Source of the DNA: Ministeria vibrans ATCC 50519
Lineage: Eukaryota; Protista; Filasterea
Direction: 5' to 3'
Assembly: GCA_943704425.1 (NCBI GenBank)
Contig: CALSCP010001130.1
Coordinates: 1-32,806, forward strand
Length of the DNA stretch: 32,806 bases
Positions within the stretch are counted from its first letter, which is position 1, and each line of letters opens with the position of its first letter. Of this stretch, positions 1 through 13,624 are shown one piece after another. Made by a program: the position numbers and the translations under genes. A model generated the notes under the pieces. It saw nothing but the letters and a program-made list of their open reading frames with translations. It ran no database searches and was not told the origin of the DNA.

Positions 1-4
1 GAGA

Positions 5-56
<52 letters not shown>

Positions 57-63
57 GAGGGAG
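1..63. repeat. (GA)n microsatellite within a POMGnT1-like intron
   Basis: Directly visible; ends about 35 nt before the AG at 97-98. Confidence 0.95.
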
Positions 64-98
64 AAACCGGACGGACACAAATACACTCGCTTGCTTAG

Positions 99-1139
99 AC
101 ATTGCCTGTTTTGTCGTCGGATCCGACCTTGTACTGCGTGAGTGCTTGGAACGACAATGGATACGACAAGCGGTGCCATGACGCCCAGCTGCTGTACCGC
201 GTGGACACCATGCCGGGCTTGGGGTGGCTGCTCTCGCGCGAGCTGTACACGGGCGAGCTGGAGCCTAAGTGGCCCGCTCCCGAGCGTCATTATGACTGGG
301 ACATGTGGATGCGCATGCCCCAGCAGCGCAAGGGCCGCCAGTGCATTGTTCCCGACGTCTCTCGCACATTTCATTTTGGCGCAAGCGGTACTCATTTCAA
401 AGTCTCAAACGAAACTCTCTCTATCACTTTGCTTTTTTTTTTCTCTCTCTCTATCACTTTGCTTTCTCTCTCTATCACTTTGCTTTCTCTATTTCTCTCT
501 TTCTCTCTCTCTCTCGCTTCATCTTTTATTTATTTTACTTCATTCTGATGTTCTTCTCTTATTTATGTCTGTTTGTCTCTCTCTCTCTCTTTCTCCTTTA
601 TTACTTTGCTTTTTCTGTCTCCCCTCTCTCTACTAGGTGTGAATATGAACGAATACTTCCAGTCTCTGTACTTTAAGCGCCACACACTCAACAGTGACGC
701 GGACATCGTCTTGCGTTCGCCGGAACGTCTGACGCAAAAGGCATATGAGGATGAGCTGGAGCGACTACTGACGAGCGGTAAGACGGTGGAAAAGCCCATG
801 GGGTTCCAGTGCGGCAAAGTGGACGCATGGGCGGCGCGCGAGGCGACAGACGCGCCGTATGACCCGGTGCTGCAGACGACTGTGCTGGTGTTATATCTGG
901 CACAGACACAGCCCACCGACTTCTCGCAGTGGAAACACCTCTCCAAGTGTCTGCGCGTGTGGGACCTCGACACACGCGGCTTCCACGACGCCCTCTTTCG
1001 TCTCTTCGTCGGGCCCGTTCACCTTGTCGTCGTCGGTACTCGCTCTCCGTATGCCGCGCGTTTCATGCCCCGCTCGATCGTGCCTCTGTCCTTCCCATCC
1101 AACTCTCTCGCTTCTCCCTTCACCCAACAGAAGCCTTAA
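99..1139 (+). CDS. POMGNT1: Protein O-linked mannose beta-1,2-N-acetylglucosaminyltransferase-like (GT13), last two exons; the 5' part lies upstream of the window
   Basis: Exons 99-387 and 637-1139 (GT 388, AG 635-636, phase 1) join as [24 protein letters not shown]13 motifs [25 protein letters not shown] and [13 protein letters not shown] are present. The C-terminal [12 protein letters not shown]...VVVGTRSPY segment resembles POMGNT1 rather than MGAT1. Confidence 0.85.
415..486 (+). repeat. Three tandem copies of (CT)n-CTATCACTTTGCTTT in an intron
   Basis: CTATCACTTTG at 421, 451 and 472. Confidence 0.9.
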
Positions 1140-1603
1140 GCCAATGCGACTCGAAAACCCTGTATTGTACTATGTGAATTTGAACATTAAGAATCAATTA
1201 ATAATAATATTATTATTTTACTTAATTATATTCATTAGAAGAAGTCATTAATACAATTATAATAATAATAATAATTTTTTTTTTTTGGTTAATAGAAATA
1301 ATCAAAATTTAATCAATAATAAATTAATGATTATTACCGATAAGCTGATAATAACATAGTAGAGATCCGTACCCTACGTCAAAACAAGATAATACACAAA
1401 TCAAAATTCACGACCATGTTTAATATTCCTTCATTATAATAAAAATATTTTAATAATACTAGTATTGTTGGGAAAATGAACAACATAATAGAATATTATT
1501 TTTATTAAATTTAAGTACTGTGACAACAAACAACTCGGAAAAGAAAGTGAGAGAGATGAAAATATACACGATGAGAGAGAAGAAAAGAGAAAGAAAGACA
1601 CCA

Positions 1604-1824
1604 TTAAATGACATTGTTGGCAACTGTGAGAATAATGACTTTGCCGTCACGCAGACCGAGAAGAACATGCCCATCGCCCATCGTCAGCGACACAGAGTGC
1701 ACCGCCATCTGCATGTTTAGACTCGACTGTACACTTAAACTGGAGCAGAACAACACAAGAGTGTGAGACGACAAATAAACACAGGGTTAACCCTAACCCT
1801 AATCCTACAAAGACAATGCACAAA

Positions 1825-1892
<68 letters not shown>

Positions 1893-4800
1893 TACACACA
1901 CACACACACTCACATATATGACTTACTCTGGGAGACGCCTGAGCTCAACCACGCCATCACTACAACCCACGACCAGATGAGTGCCACGACGACTCACAGC
2001 CATGTCCAGCACCCGCTCACTGCACGACGACGACGCAATCAACTTGCCGTTGATGGTGTACAGGCAAATCATGTACACGCCCTAATGCATTTTAACACAC
2101 GGATGTCAGAATTTTACGTTTACTTCTGGGATATCACGAGAAAACAATTCATTGTTCGGTATAATTACCTTCTCCTCATAAGAGAAACGCTCAACGTAGA
2201 CTACCAGAGAACCGTCTTGGCAGATCTTGACGAACCGCACCTGCGGCGCCACCGTACCCATCGGCATGGGCGGCCGGAGGGTGCGCACGTACCGTCCAAG
2301 CCGACAAGTGTGCACAATCACAGTGCCATCCTACACACAGACATAAGATAACGCGATTTTCACCCTAACCCTAACCCTAACCCCAATGCCATTTTCTTCT
2401 TACCTTGGCGCCCGTTACTACCATGTCAAGGTCCGTATCCACTGCGGCACAGAGCAACTCGTCGTCATGGCCGTACAACACTTTTAAAGGCGAAGGAACA
2501 ATGTGGTGGATTGAGCCAGGCTGAGGCGACGCCACCAGCTGCCAGACCATTGCCGTGGTGTCGCGACTGCCCGTCACCAGCACACTATGCGTTGCATCGA
2601 CACACACACACGTCACAATGTCCGCGTGCATCGCCACCGATTGAATCACCCGGCCCACATCGAGCGCCGTCACCTTGATGGTGCTGTCCCAGTGACCGCC
2701 CGACACCGCCATCTTGCCGTCCGCCGACGTGCAAAACAGCGACGACGACACCTCCAGGTTCTGCGCAAACGGTCCACCAATGACGCGCAAGAAGCCCGAC
2801 GACAGTTGCGGGTCCAGGTCAAACGTAAAAGGAGCAACAGCACCCAGTGACGGCGCAGTCGGCACCCAACTATGACACCCAAGCACGCCTTGCTCGCCCA
2901 CCGTCACGACGCGATCCGGCGTGCCCGAGTACACAAATGCATTCAGCTGTGTCTCGGGCACTCCAATGTATACCACGGGCATCTTCGGACGGGTGTAGAC
3001 CTCCTTGAAAAAAGCCTTGAGTGTCTCACGCGCAACAAACACCGACACAGTACCCTCGGCCGAGGTCACACCCATGCCACCGCCGCCGTGCGCAAAACAT
3101 TCACAGTCAGCCACGGTGCCACCACCCACTGCCAGCGTTCCACCACTCACACCCGAACCCACACCACCCGACACCATCGCAGCGACACTTCCGCCTGGGC
3201 CGCCAAGCATCACCGCCCCAGCACCACCAGCGCCACCACCCCCGCCGCCGCCACTCGAGGTGCCCGCTACCGACACAACACTGCCACTGGAGACGGTAAA
3301 GCCACCGGCGACCACGGCATGTGTGTGTCCAAACGTCAGAGCACTCGACACGGCACTGTCTGCCAGCACGCCACCGCCACCACCGCCGCCACCACCACCG
3401 CTACTACTGGCCAAGTCAGTGGCAGCAGAAGTGGTGGGTTCGGACGACTTGGCGTTGCGCACCGCAGGCCCGCGCCCTGCGTACGCCTGTGGCACCACAC
3501 CGGTGATACCGCTTTCGACAAACGGCACAAGCTCGAGGCCCACACGAGGATCCGGCTGTGGCATGTATCGCTGAGGATGTGACCGTTTCAGCAGCTGCGT
3601 TGGCGTCTGCCCAAAGTTGTTGATTTGCGCCTCGATCGAGCGCCGCTCCACCTCGTCCGTCACCGAGTCAATGTCAATGGCACCCTCGTAGGTCACATAG
3701 TAGAAGACATTGTGGGCTGCGACCGCCTCGGGACCGCGCTGCTTCACACCAAAGATCAGATCAATCCAATGGTGCAGATTAGCACTGACAAACTCGGACT
3801 CGAGCGCCGCGCGCATCACCCGCACAAAGTCCTCGGGTCCCTTGGCCCAGGGCGGCAACACGACGTCGTCGACACGCTGCTCCTCGTCGCCCTGCAACAC
3901 ACCCAAGTCCAATTGGTTGAGATTCTGCAGGAACTCGGGACAGTAGTAAAACTCGGGTACGAGTTCCTTGACGTCCGTCGTGCTCGTCATGCACGAATTC
4001 CACGACTGCGCCATACTAATAAATTGTCGATCGGCATGGTCAAAGCGACCGCCCTGCAGGCGAATGTGCAGCGTCGTAAAGGGTTCGAGACGCACGAGAA
4101 AGTGAAGCACAGCGGCCGCCGTGCTGTAGTGCGAGCCATAGTGGAACTTGTCGACGACGCCCGAGGGATCCTCAAAGGAATGGTAGCGCTCGACAAAGTA
4201 CTCAAGACGCTCCGGATTGAGCGCACCCACCGGCTTGGAGAGATCACGGTAGACGCGCGGGTCGCTCAAGTCAAGTTTCTCGCTGGTGTAGTCAGCAAGC
4301 ACCCAAGGAAACACCGGGTACTGGTTGAGGTCGTTGTAGGTGCGTCCGGCAATGGTATTCAGTTGCATGAGGTAGTCAAAGTTGCTAATCTCGCGACGCT
4401 GCCAACGCTGCGTAAGGCCACTCTTACGCAGCATCTCGGCCGGCGAGCGGATGGCCGTCTGGACCAGGTTAGGCGGACGTAGCGACAGCAGTTTGCTGTA
4501 CACACGCGTGCGCTCGGTGCGCGTAAAGTTGAGGAAGCAATTAGTACGGTCAATAAGGAACACCTCCAAGGCGCTGGGACGCAGCATATGACGACGCAAG
4601 TGCACCTCGCGTATCTCGGCGAGGACCCAGTGGAAATCCCACACACGACGATCGACGGCTGTCACAATGTTACTCTCGTCACGACCCCCTTCGCGATCGG
4701 CCGTAAAGCGCACGCCGCTGCTCATGAGCTCCAGTCGGCCAGGCACAATGCTCATGAGCGTCACCAGCTGACAGTCACACACATGCACCAATTGCACATT

Positions 4801-7800
4801 GCTACCCATCTGAAGCAACAGTTCATTGTCTACCATTGTCCAATCGCCTTCGGTGCCGCTCGCTTCGCCCACACCGGCAGCACCCGTGCCGACAGTCACG
4901 TTGCCATCACCATCCACATGCTCCAAATCCATCGCCTCGAGCATCTCGTCGTTCGCATCGGCTCCCTCCGACGCCGACTGCATCGCTCGTTTGGCAGCCT
5001 TGGGCACAATACCCGCCAGACTCATCTCTTGCTGTTCGCCCGTGGCCGCACGACCGCTGTCGCGCGCCACCGACGCCTCTCGATGTCCATTGAAGAGCAG
5101 CGTGCGCGACAGCTTGCGACGCATACGACCCGACGTCTCGGTCGCGTCGAGCACCCAGCCGTTGCGGGGTCGCCAGGTGGTCGCCAAGGCACCTCGCTCG
5201 CCCACCATAAATGCCACATCCTCGTCCCATTGCGCCTGCAAAAGACGTCGCTCGGCATCTCGCTGTCGTCGCGCCAATAACGTGTGACTCGTCTCTGTCT
5301 GCGCTTTGGTCTGCACCACCGAAATAACGCGTTCTTGCGCGCGCTTCAACAGTGCCTCTTCGTTGCGCCGCAGTCGAGCAACGGTGGCGCGCGCCTTCGA
5401 CAGGCGTCGTCCAAATCGTTTCGACAAAAACTCTGCGTGGCCCGCGCTCTCGTAGTCTCCCACCTCGACCGACTGTTTCAGGGGCTCAAGCTCGCTCGCT
5501 ACCCGCAAAGCCCAGGTGGGACTCGACATGAGCGACGAGAGTGCCTCCCGATTCGACTCCTCGAGAGCACTCAGCGGACACAGCATGCTCGCACCCGCCT
5601 GCATGTACGGCAGCGTCTCGTGCCACGTGCGCAACACATATTGAATGGCCTGCACCAGCACGGTGCGTGTGCCACGGTTCGCTCGCGCCGCCCGGTCCAT
5701 GTACCACAAAGCCCAGGTAATGCGTGGCACAGTCTGGCCGTCGCTGCACACGTGCTGCACAAGACGATCAAGTGCAAACTGACACAGACTCGCTTCGCTG
5801 CAGAACAACAACTGGGAGAGACAGCGCAGCGTGACACGCGAGATACCTCCACCTTCGACACGCACATGCGAGCGTCCGCCCAACACCGGGTCGAGGCCAC
5901 TAAAACTAGACGAAAAGGTGCGTCCAAGTGTGTCGGTGAGCCGAATGAGCGCAACACAAAGCGCCGCATCGGGCCACTCAAGCTGCGGCTCGCCACTCTC
6001 CTTATCCTTGCTCGCGCGCTTCTTCTTTTTGTCACCGCCCCTGGCACTCGCCTCGTCCCCGTCCACCACACCGCTCAGCAGCAACTCAAAGGGCCGAACG
6101 CGAACGTCAAGGTACGCCATCGACGACGACGCACCGCCGTGACTACCCAGCGATCCAACTGACGATGCACCACGAATAAGATCTTGTTTGGCGGCCACCG
6201 GTGAGGGCGGAGGCTTTTCACCATCGTCGCTGTCGTCGCTGTCGTCGTGAGCCGTGGAAGAGGCGGCGTTTCCATCGGTGACAGGCATGCCCAATACATT
6301 GAGTGCTCCCAAAGAAACGGCAGTCGAGGCGCCTCCGGTCGCAGCTCCTTTGATCATACCTGCCGAGGGCTGGTAAAAGACAAACTCTTCAGTGAGCAGA
6401 ATGAGGTGGGCAGCAGTCGTAGCCAGCACTGGCGGAGGCTTGTGACGATCGCGACATAACTGTACGTCGTGCAAGCATTGAGAGAGAGCACGCCCCAGCA
6501 GACCGCGCTGAATCCAGTCGCGAAAGAGACGATGCTCCTCTGCCGGGTAGAGCACGTCGACAAACCGCATCGCATCCTCGAATGCCTTCCATGTCTTCTT
6601 GTCCGTGTGGAAACCGGCGCGCAATGCCTCACTGACACAATCGAGAACGGCGCACACAAGTGCACGGGCAGCCGCAAGCGATGGTGTTGCGGACGGCGAT
6701 GTGGGTGTCGATGACGACGTGGAGGAGTGCGAAGGAAGCTTGCTCTTGGGAGCGCCTGCGGCGGCTCGCGTGGCAGCCTCGAGATCAGCATCAAGGGGGT
6801 TGGGGCGGTCCGAAATGAGCTCGCCCAAATTGAGCATCTGAACGGATTGGAGACCGTCGCCTTGGACGTCGCCAGCAGAGGCGCACGCCGCATTCCATTC
6901 TTTGAGCAGCACGCGAGGTCGCAGCGGCACCACTGGCTGGTCGTACAGCAAGGCAAGCAGCTGACTGGACCACGCGAGGGAGGAGCGCAAGACAAGACCA
7001 GACGAGGCACTGGAACGCATCGAGTCGCGGATCTTGGTGACACCGCGACAGCGCAGCGCAGGCTCGCCGGTACGCATAAGCACCACAATGGCCGACACCA
7101 CATAGCTGTTGCGCAAAATGTTGTCACCACGACCGTCGCATGCGTACTCAAAGAGCGCGCGGGTCATCTTCACCGATAGCTCCTTGTTCATCATGCGTCG
7201 CAATAAACCCGCCTCGGTGGCGTCGTCGAGACGGAAGCGCTTGCGCAGTCGCTCGCCAATGTGGCCACTTGTCAAAAAGGCCATCATGGTGCGCATTGCA
7301 GTGAGACGTACCTGTTCTGAGGGACACGCGAGCAGCGTGGCGCACAAATCGCCACCGCCCGCAAGGCAAAAAGCATCGGCAAAGCCCGATATGTTGAGCG
7401 AGTCACAGCAGAAACGCAACAGCTCAAACACCTGCTCGTAGTCCCGACATGCGGCGAGAAACGAGACAATCGCATTGATTTCGGGCTGGCGAATGGCACG
7501 CAAAAGGTACTGGCGAATAATTTCAAGGGCGCACGCGCGCACACCTCGTCGCTCCTCCACTGTCAAACGCCACCGCCGACGCCCCTCGGCCGATACCTTC
7601 TTGGCGGCGGGCGCCGGTGGTGGGGCCGTTGTCTTGGTACCACCGTGTGTCTTGGAAAGCGACGTAGTAGTGTCCGGGGTGTGTGTTGTTGTGGGAGCCT
7701 GGCGTGTCAGCAGTGACGTACTGTACCAATGGTGTGCGTCGAGAATGTGTACGAAGAAAGTGGGACCGTACAGTTGGCGGGTGCGCTCGACACCGCCTTC

Positions 7801-10800
7801 CAGGTCATTCTTGATAAAGGCACTTAGAAGTTGCATGTGGGTCATTTGGGTGGCAAAATCGCAGCGTTCCCACACGTGAAAGTCAAACAACAGGTACTTG
7901 ATCGTCTCATGCTGCAGCGCCTCGTTCTGAATGGCGTCGGTCAGTTCGTGGATGACATGCAGCGCCTCAATGGTGATGCACGCGGAGCGCAGACGTTGCA
8001 AGAGCCACGCAGTCACGGCCATGCCATGACACTTGAGCATGCCCAGTTCGTTGTCGGCGTCCGTTGCAATGAGATCGCGCAACGTCGCAAAGAATTGCGT
8101 GACGAGGATCGCCTGACGCGATTGTATCGACATGAGCAGCGTGTTGCCCTCCGAGGAAACAATCACGCCCGTGTGAAGACGGTGCGTCACGTCAGGCGTG
8201 TCGACAGTGGTCGAGGGGACGAGCGATGGCAGCGACTGTGCGACAAGCACAAGCGGAGCGTGCGATGCAGCAGTGTCAGGAGCAGAAAGTGCGCGTGCAT
8301 TCTCCGCCACCTCCTGACCAGCTTCAGCCAGAGTCTGCTCATCCTCCTCGTCAATCGCCAACAGCGGTGCCATATCGTGCTCTTCTTCTGCCGTCAATTC
8401 ATGTACTATTGCATCCTCGTCGCTGTCTTCATCGCTGTTCGCGTTGGCGGAGTCTTTCTCATACTCACACTCTTGTTCCGCCGAAAGTTCTGGTACCGTT
8501 TCCTCTTCATCGTCGGCATTGTCGTCGTCATCGTCACCGTCATTGTCATTGTCGGTGGCATTGACGTTCTCGGTGGTATTGACATCGTCAGCTGCGTCGG
8601 CGTAAACGTCGCTGGTAGCGAGGTCATGTGTACTCTGGTCGAGGCGGTTGGATTGTGCCTTCTTGGCCTTTGCAGCCTTGGCCAGTGCCTCCATGTCGTC
8701 AGAGTAGAGTCCGGGAAATTCGGGAAAGTCGACCTGGGGCAGAAGCACGAAAAGGAGTTGAGCACCACCGAGGCTGCGAAAGACATCTTTGATGGAAGTT
8801 GTGACGCACTGGTGGCCGTAGAGGAGAGCATTGAGCTGGCGCGCCTTGGGATTTCGCAGGGCCAGGTCGAGACACACGCGACCCTTGCACGCACGCGCAT
8901 TGTAATTGAGCCAGATGCGATTGCTAAGAGAGCCGTCAAAGAGCGAGGCGGCAGCACGCGGGTAGTTGAGCGCGTCGGACTCTTGGAACTGCCCCGTGTA
9001 CTGAGGTCCCAATGCGTATAGGTCTGCGGCTTGCGACGCACCCACCGCATCACTGAGCAGGTAAACAGCGCCCATTTGGCCCCAAAGCCCCGACGCAAGA
9101 TACATGTCCGGAATAGAACCTGACAGTGACGGGTGAGGCATGTGCACAGCGTCGACTGGCCGACCGTTCACAAAAAGGTGTGCTTCCGCCTTGGCAAAAG
9201 GACGACGTGCAGCCGAATGTGTAAACACAACGTGATACCACTCGTTGCGCTTAAAGCGGTGGCGTTCGAACACACACGAGTGTTCGGTGCCGGCCACAAC
9301 TGCCGACAGCACCATCTCACCGCGACCCGTCACGCTCACCGTACACGATTCGCCCGTCGAGCTGACCATGGAAAAGAGTGTGGGTTCGTCAATGCCCGAC
9401 CGATGCGGTGGCTTCTTGTTCTTGAATCGCATGGCTTCCGCGCTGAGACCGCCCGAGCCGGGGGTGGTGCTCGAGCTTCCCGCACTGACACTGGTGCTGT
9501 GCACCCGCGACTCACTGGTGCTGCTGCTGCTGCCACCACCACCACCACCACCACCAAAACTGCCCACATCGCTGGCAGTAGAAGCGCCTCGTTGGCGAGA
9601 GGATGCCATGAGGCTGGCGTCGTCGAGCGGAATGTTGTCATTGGGATTGTGCAGGTCGGAGTCCGACAGAAGAGTGCGCGCTGGATCCACTTGCGACAAG
9701 CCTGCCGAGAGCGAGTAGAAGCGGTTGTCGTTGCCAAAGCTTTCGAAGCGCAACCAGGCACAAAAGGTGTAGCCATTGGCATTGCCTGCGCGACGGTCAC
9801 AAGGTGGGACTACAATACCCGAGCGAATTTCGCGAGGAAAGTCAAAGAAAAAGAGGGGACCGCTGCGCACACACATGCGCTGCACTGCTTTGAGCATGCG
9901 AGGAGCCTCGGCGGGTCGTCGTCGATCACGGGAGGCGCGAAAGAGTCGACAAAGTTGCTTGAGTTCGGCGGCCGACACAGAGTGAGCGCCGAGAAGCTCC
10001 ACAAGACAAACAATTTCCTCAAAGGCGACGGGATCCTCAAGGGCAAGACTGGGCAGTTTGCGCAAGAGGATGCCCAAGACACCGGCGTCGCAACAGCGAG
10101 TGCGGTTGGCATAGCCTTCATCACAGAGACGCATGAGCACGCGACAGAACCAGACGCGGTCGTCGGAGGAAAGGCGTTGGAACATCATGTCGAGGGCGAG
10201 GATGATCGCATTGGCATTCTGAATGACATTGACACCCTTTTCGACGTACTCGCCGTCGACCGCCATGTCGAGAAGGAGAAGCATGAGGCGCCGGTCCACC
10301 TCATTGTTGGTGGCAAGCAACATGCAGCGTCCGAGGTGAGGAAATCCGACGTGTGCACGGAATTTCTCTTTGCATCGATTCGAGCCGGCCATAAGCGACG
10401 TGAGTGTGCGCACGACTTCTTTGCAGAGAGGCAAGCCGGGTGCGCCATCGGTGGGGTGTGCGACGACGACATTGACAATTTTGACAAAAGAGCCCGCACC
10501 AATGAAGGACTCTTGCAAGCGAGCGCGGGTCTCGCCGGCGAGCATGGCGCGGATAGACTGAAGCATGAGAAGACGCACGCTGACTGCAAAGTCCTCGGTG
10601 GGCGACGACACAAAGACCTTGAGAAACATGTTGAGAAGCGTGACCATGCGACCCGAGCTGGCGACGGGCACGGTTCGCACAATGTGCACAATGACGCGCA
10701 GGGACCAGTGCCATACGACGGGCGGGGCGCGTTTGCTTGCAAGGTACGACACGAGGAGTTTCAGGGCGGGGTTGTTGAGGAAGACATCAAGAACGCCACC

Positions 10801-13527
10801 GGGATTACCAATGACATACATGCCAAGGAGGGAGAGGACAGCGACACGCGCGTCCGCACTCATCGTGCTGGTGCAGTCTCGAGCAATGGGCGTCAGTGTA
10901 CTGAGGCACTTGAGCTTTAGCAGCGCATCCTTGCAAACGGCAGGACGCAGAGCGAGAAGCAGAAGAATTTTGCGAGCGACTGCGTGCACGACGGGCGGGC
11001 GATAGGCGTGGAGAGCGAGCGACTGGAGCAAGAGGGAGATGGTTGTGACGGGACTCAGGTGTGGATTGACAGCGATGCGAATGACACAGCGCATGACGCT
11101 GGTTCGCACTGCCTGAAGTGCATCGTGAGCGTGACCATGACGAGTAGCATCGGAGATGCTGAGTGGACGCGACACATTATCCTGGTCATTGCTTGGCTTG
11201 CTGGTGGGGCTGGCAGACCCATCGTCGTCGTCGTCGTCGTCGTCGTCGTCGGCGTCATCGTCATCGTCGTCTCCAATGACATCCTCTTCTCCGTCTGGCT
11301 CGAGGAAATTTGTTCCGTCGCGAATGATGACAAACTTTGAAGAGGACGAGCGACGTAGGGCGGTATTGCTCGAGGTGTGTACGATGGGAACGCGATCGTC
11401 ACCGTTATTTTGCTGCGATCGACGACTCTCGTCGGTGTCAGTGTCGTCGTCAAAAACGGCGGCACTGTTGTTGGTAATTGAGGGGTCCATATCGGTGTCG
11501 TCTTGGTCGTCGTACTCGCCGGTGACGCCACCAGAGATGGAGCCCTTTGCACCAAGATTTGTCCAGATTTTTCGTCGTTTTTCGGCAATCACACGTTCGC
11601 GGGTGCGCACCGACTCGTGAGTTTCGGATGCGGTAGCTTCGAGGCGCAGGGCGAGACACGCATCGACGCTGTTTCCGCCAAACGGCGCGGAGAGAAGTGT
11701 CTCAAGCCAGTGAGCGCGTTCAAACTCGGCGAGAACAAGGCTGCTGTCGATTTGCTCGGCGTGCAGCAACTGGTCGAGCATGGCGACGAAGAAGCATTGG
11801 GCGCGCGAATCGTGCTCCATAATAAAGGTACGTGCATCGTCGTTGTCGCCCTCGGGTCGAATGAGTTCGTTGAAGGCGTCGAGAACGACACCGAGCAGGA
11901 GAGCGGCCAAAGGGCGATTACGAGGGGGAGCTGCAAAGGCCGTGTCGTGCGAGTTGGACGACGAGTCGGCGGTATACTCTTTCGGCATGTCCGGTGTGTT
12001 GCTGCTGGTAGTGCTGGTGGAGGAGGGGGAGGCAGTGGTAGCAGGAGTTGAGGTGGTAGGCAGAGGAGTGGGGGCAAAAGCTTGGACGAGGGCGTCGCCT
12101 GTTGCACGAAAGAGAATGTCGAGTTCGTGTGAACCATTCATAGGTTCGTCGGGGAGGACAACGCGCGGACTGGGCTCGTGTTCGATGACAAGGGTGTCGT
12201 CTGCGCCGGTGGACGAGGCGCCCTGACCGACCGGGTCTGAGGGAGCGCCGCCAAAACAGGCGCCTGGTTCGGAGCGCAAGTCAATGATGATGGTAGGTGT
12301 GCGTGATGTGTCAGACTGAATGAGGGAGGTGCACAAGAGCGTGGGTGCGATGCCTTCGTAGGTGCCAGTAGAACCGAGTGGCGGTGGGAAGTCGGAGGCG
12401 CGTCGTGCGACCCAGAGGAAGAGATCGCAGAGGCGTGTGGCGGCACCGCTACGCTGGAAGCGATCAATGGAGACGGCGGAGCCGTCGAGAGCACAGAGGA
12501 GGGCACGAAAGGCAATGAGCTGCAGGTGAAACTCGTCGCGAAGACCCTGGGCAGTGGCATAGCCATCGCCGCCCATGCTACGTTCGCGCGCAGGACGGAG
12601 AGTTGCATTCCAGCCAATGAGACCCGATAGAGCCTCGAGCGTCCCGTACTCGCGCGCCCGATCGCAAATGACGGATGATCGACAACTGAGGCTGGCGCCG
12701 ACGCACCAAAGGGCCTTCACTTGAATGATTTGAAGGGGCGCAGGCAGCGTGTTGTTGATACGGGCACGTTGAAGAGCCTTGAGCACATGTGTGAGCACCT
12801 CGAGCGCATCCGAGCGCAGGGCAATATCGGCGACGGTCGTGGAGGCGGCAGCAGCAGCCGCCGCCTGCATGGAATGGGGCGACTCAACCGGACGACGCCA
12901 AAAAAAGGAGAGAGAAGAGGGGAGTTCGGGGGGAGTGGCAGAGGCGACGGATGAGGGGGGAGTGGGATGGGGCACAGAGAGCGGGGTCGTCGAGGAGAAA
13001 GAGAGTGTCGAGGTGGACCCTGCTGAGGTGGTGCTGGTGGTTGTCGAAGTGAGAGTGTCGGGGGTCGAGAGGGACGAGGTGGCTGTGGCTGAAGGACGTT
13101 GTTGATGGGCGACGCAGGAGGGGTGGCTCTCGCCACGCATGGTGGCGCGGAAGGTGTGGTTGATGTCAAGAAGGTTCTCGATTAGATGGAGTGCGGCAAT
13201 GACACAGACGTGCATGTCGGCATCAATGGCGTGTTGCAAGGCCTGTATTTTGGACGGGTCGTCGTGCGCGGGCGACGACTGTGCCTTCTGTTGCGATTGT
13301 GTGGGTTGAGTCTGTCGGGTTCGTCGAGTGACCACGTCAGAGACGAAGCGAAGAAAACGCAAAGCCGAAGTGGCCGCACCATGATGGTAGAGGACAAGGC
13401 GGTCGTGGGGTAGCCTTGAGAGGGCCACCAGCGCATGTAGCATGGCAGTGACATAGCTGAGGAGTCGACGGACAGCTTTGAGTTCTCCGTGATCTCTTCG
13501 AGCATAGACTGTGGACGAAGAAGGAAG

Positions 13528-13624
<97 letters not shown>

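Noticed and set aside
2587-13413. Many long antisense and alternate-frame ORFs over the BEACH exon (e.g. 9133-10920, 595 aa; 7831-9021)
   Set aside because: Shadow ORFs expected from GC-rich codon bias; no recognisable domains.
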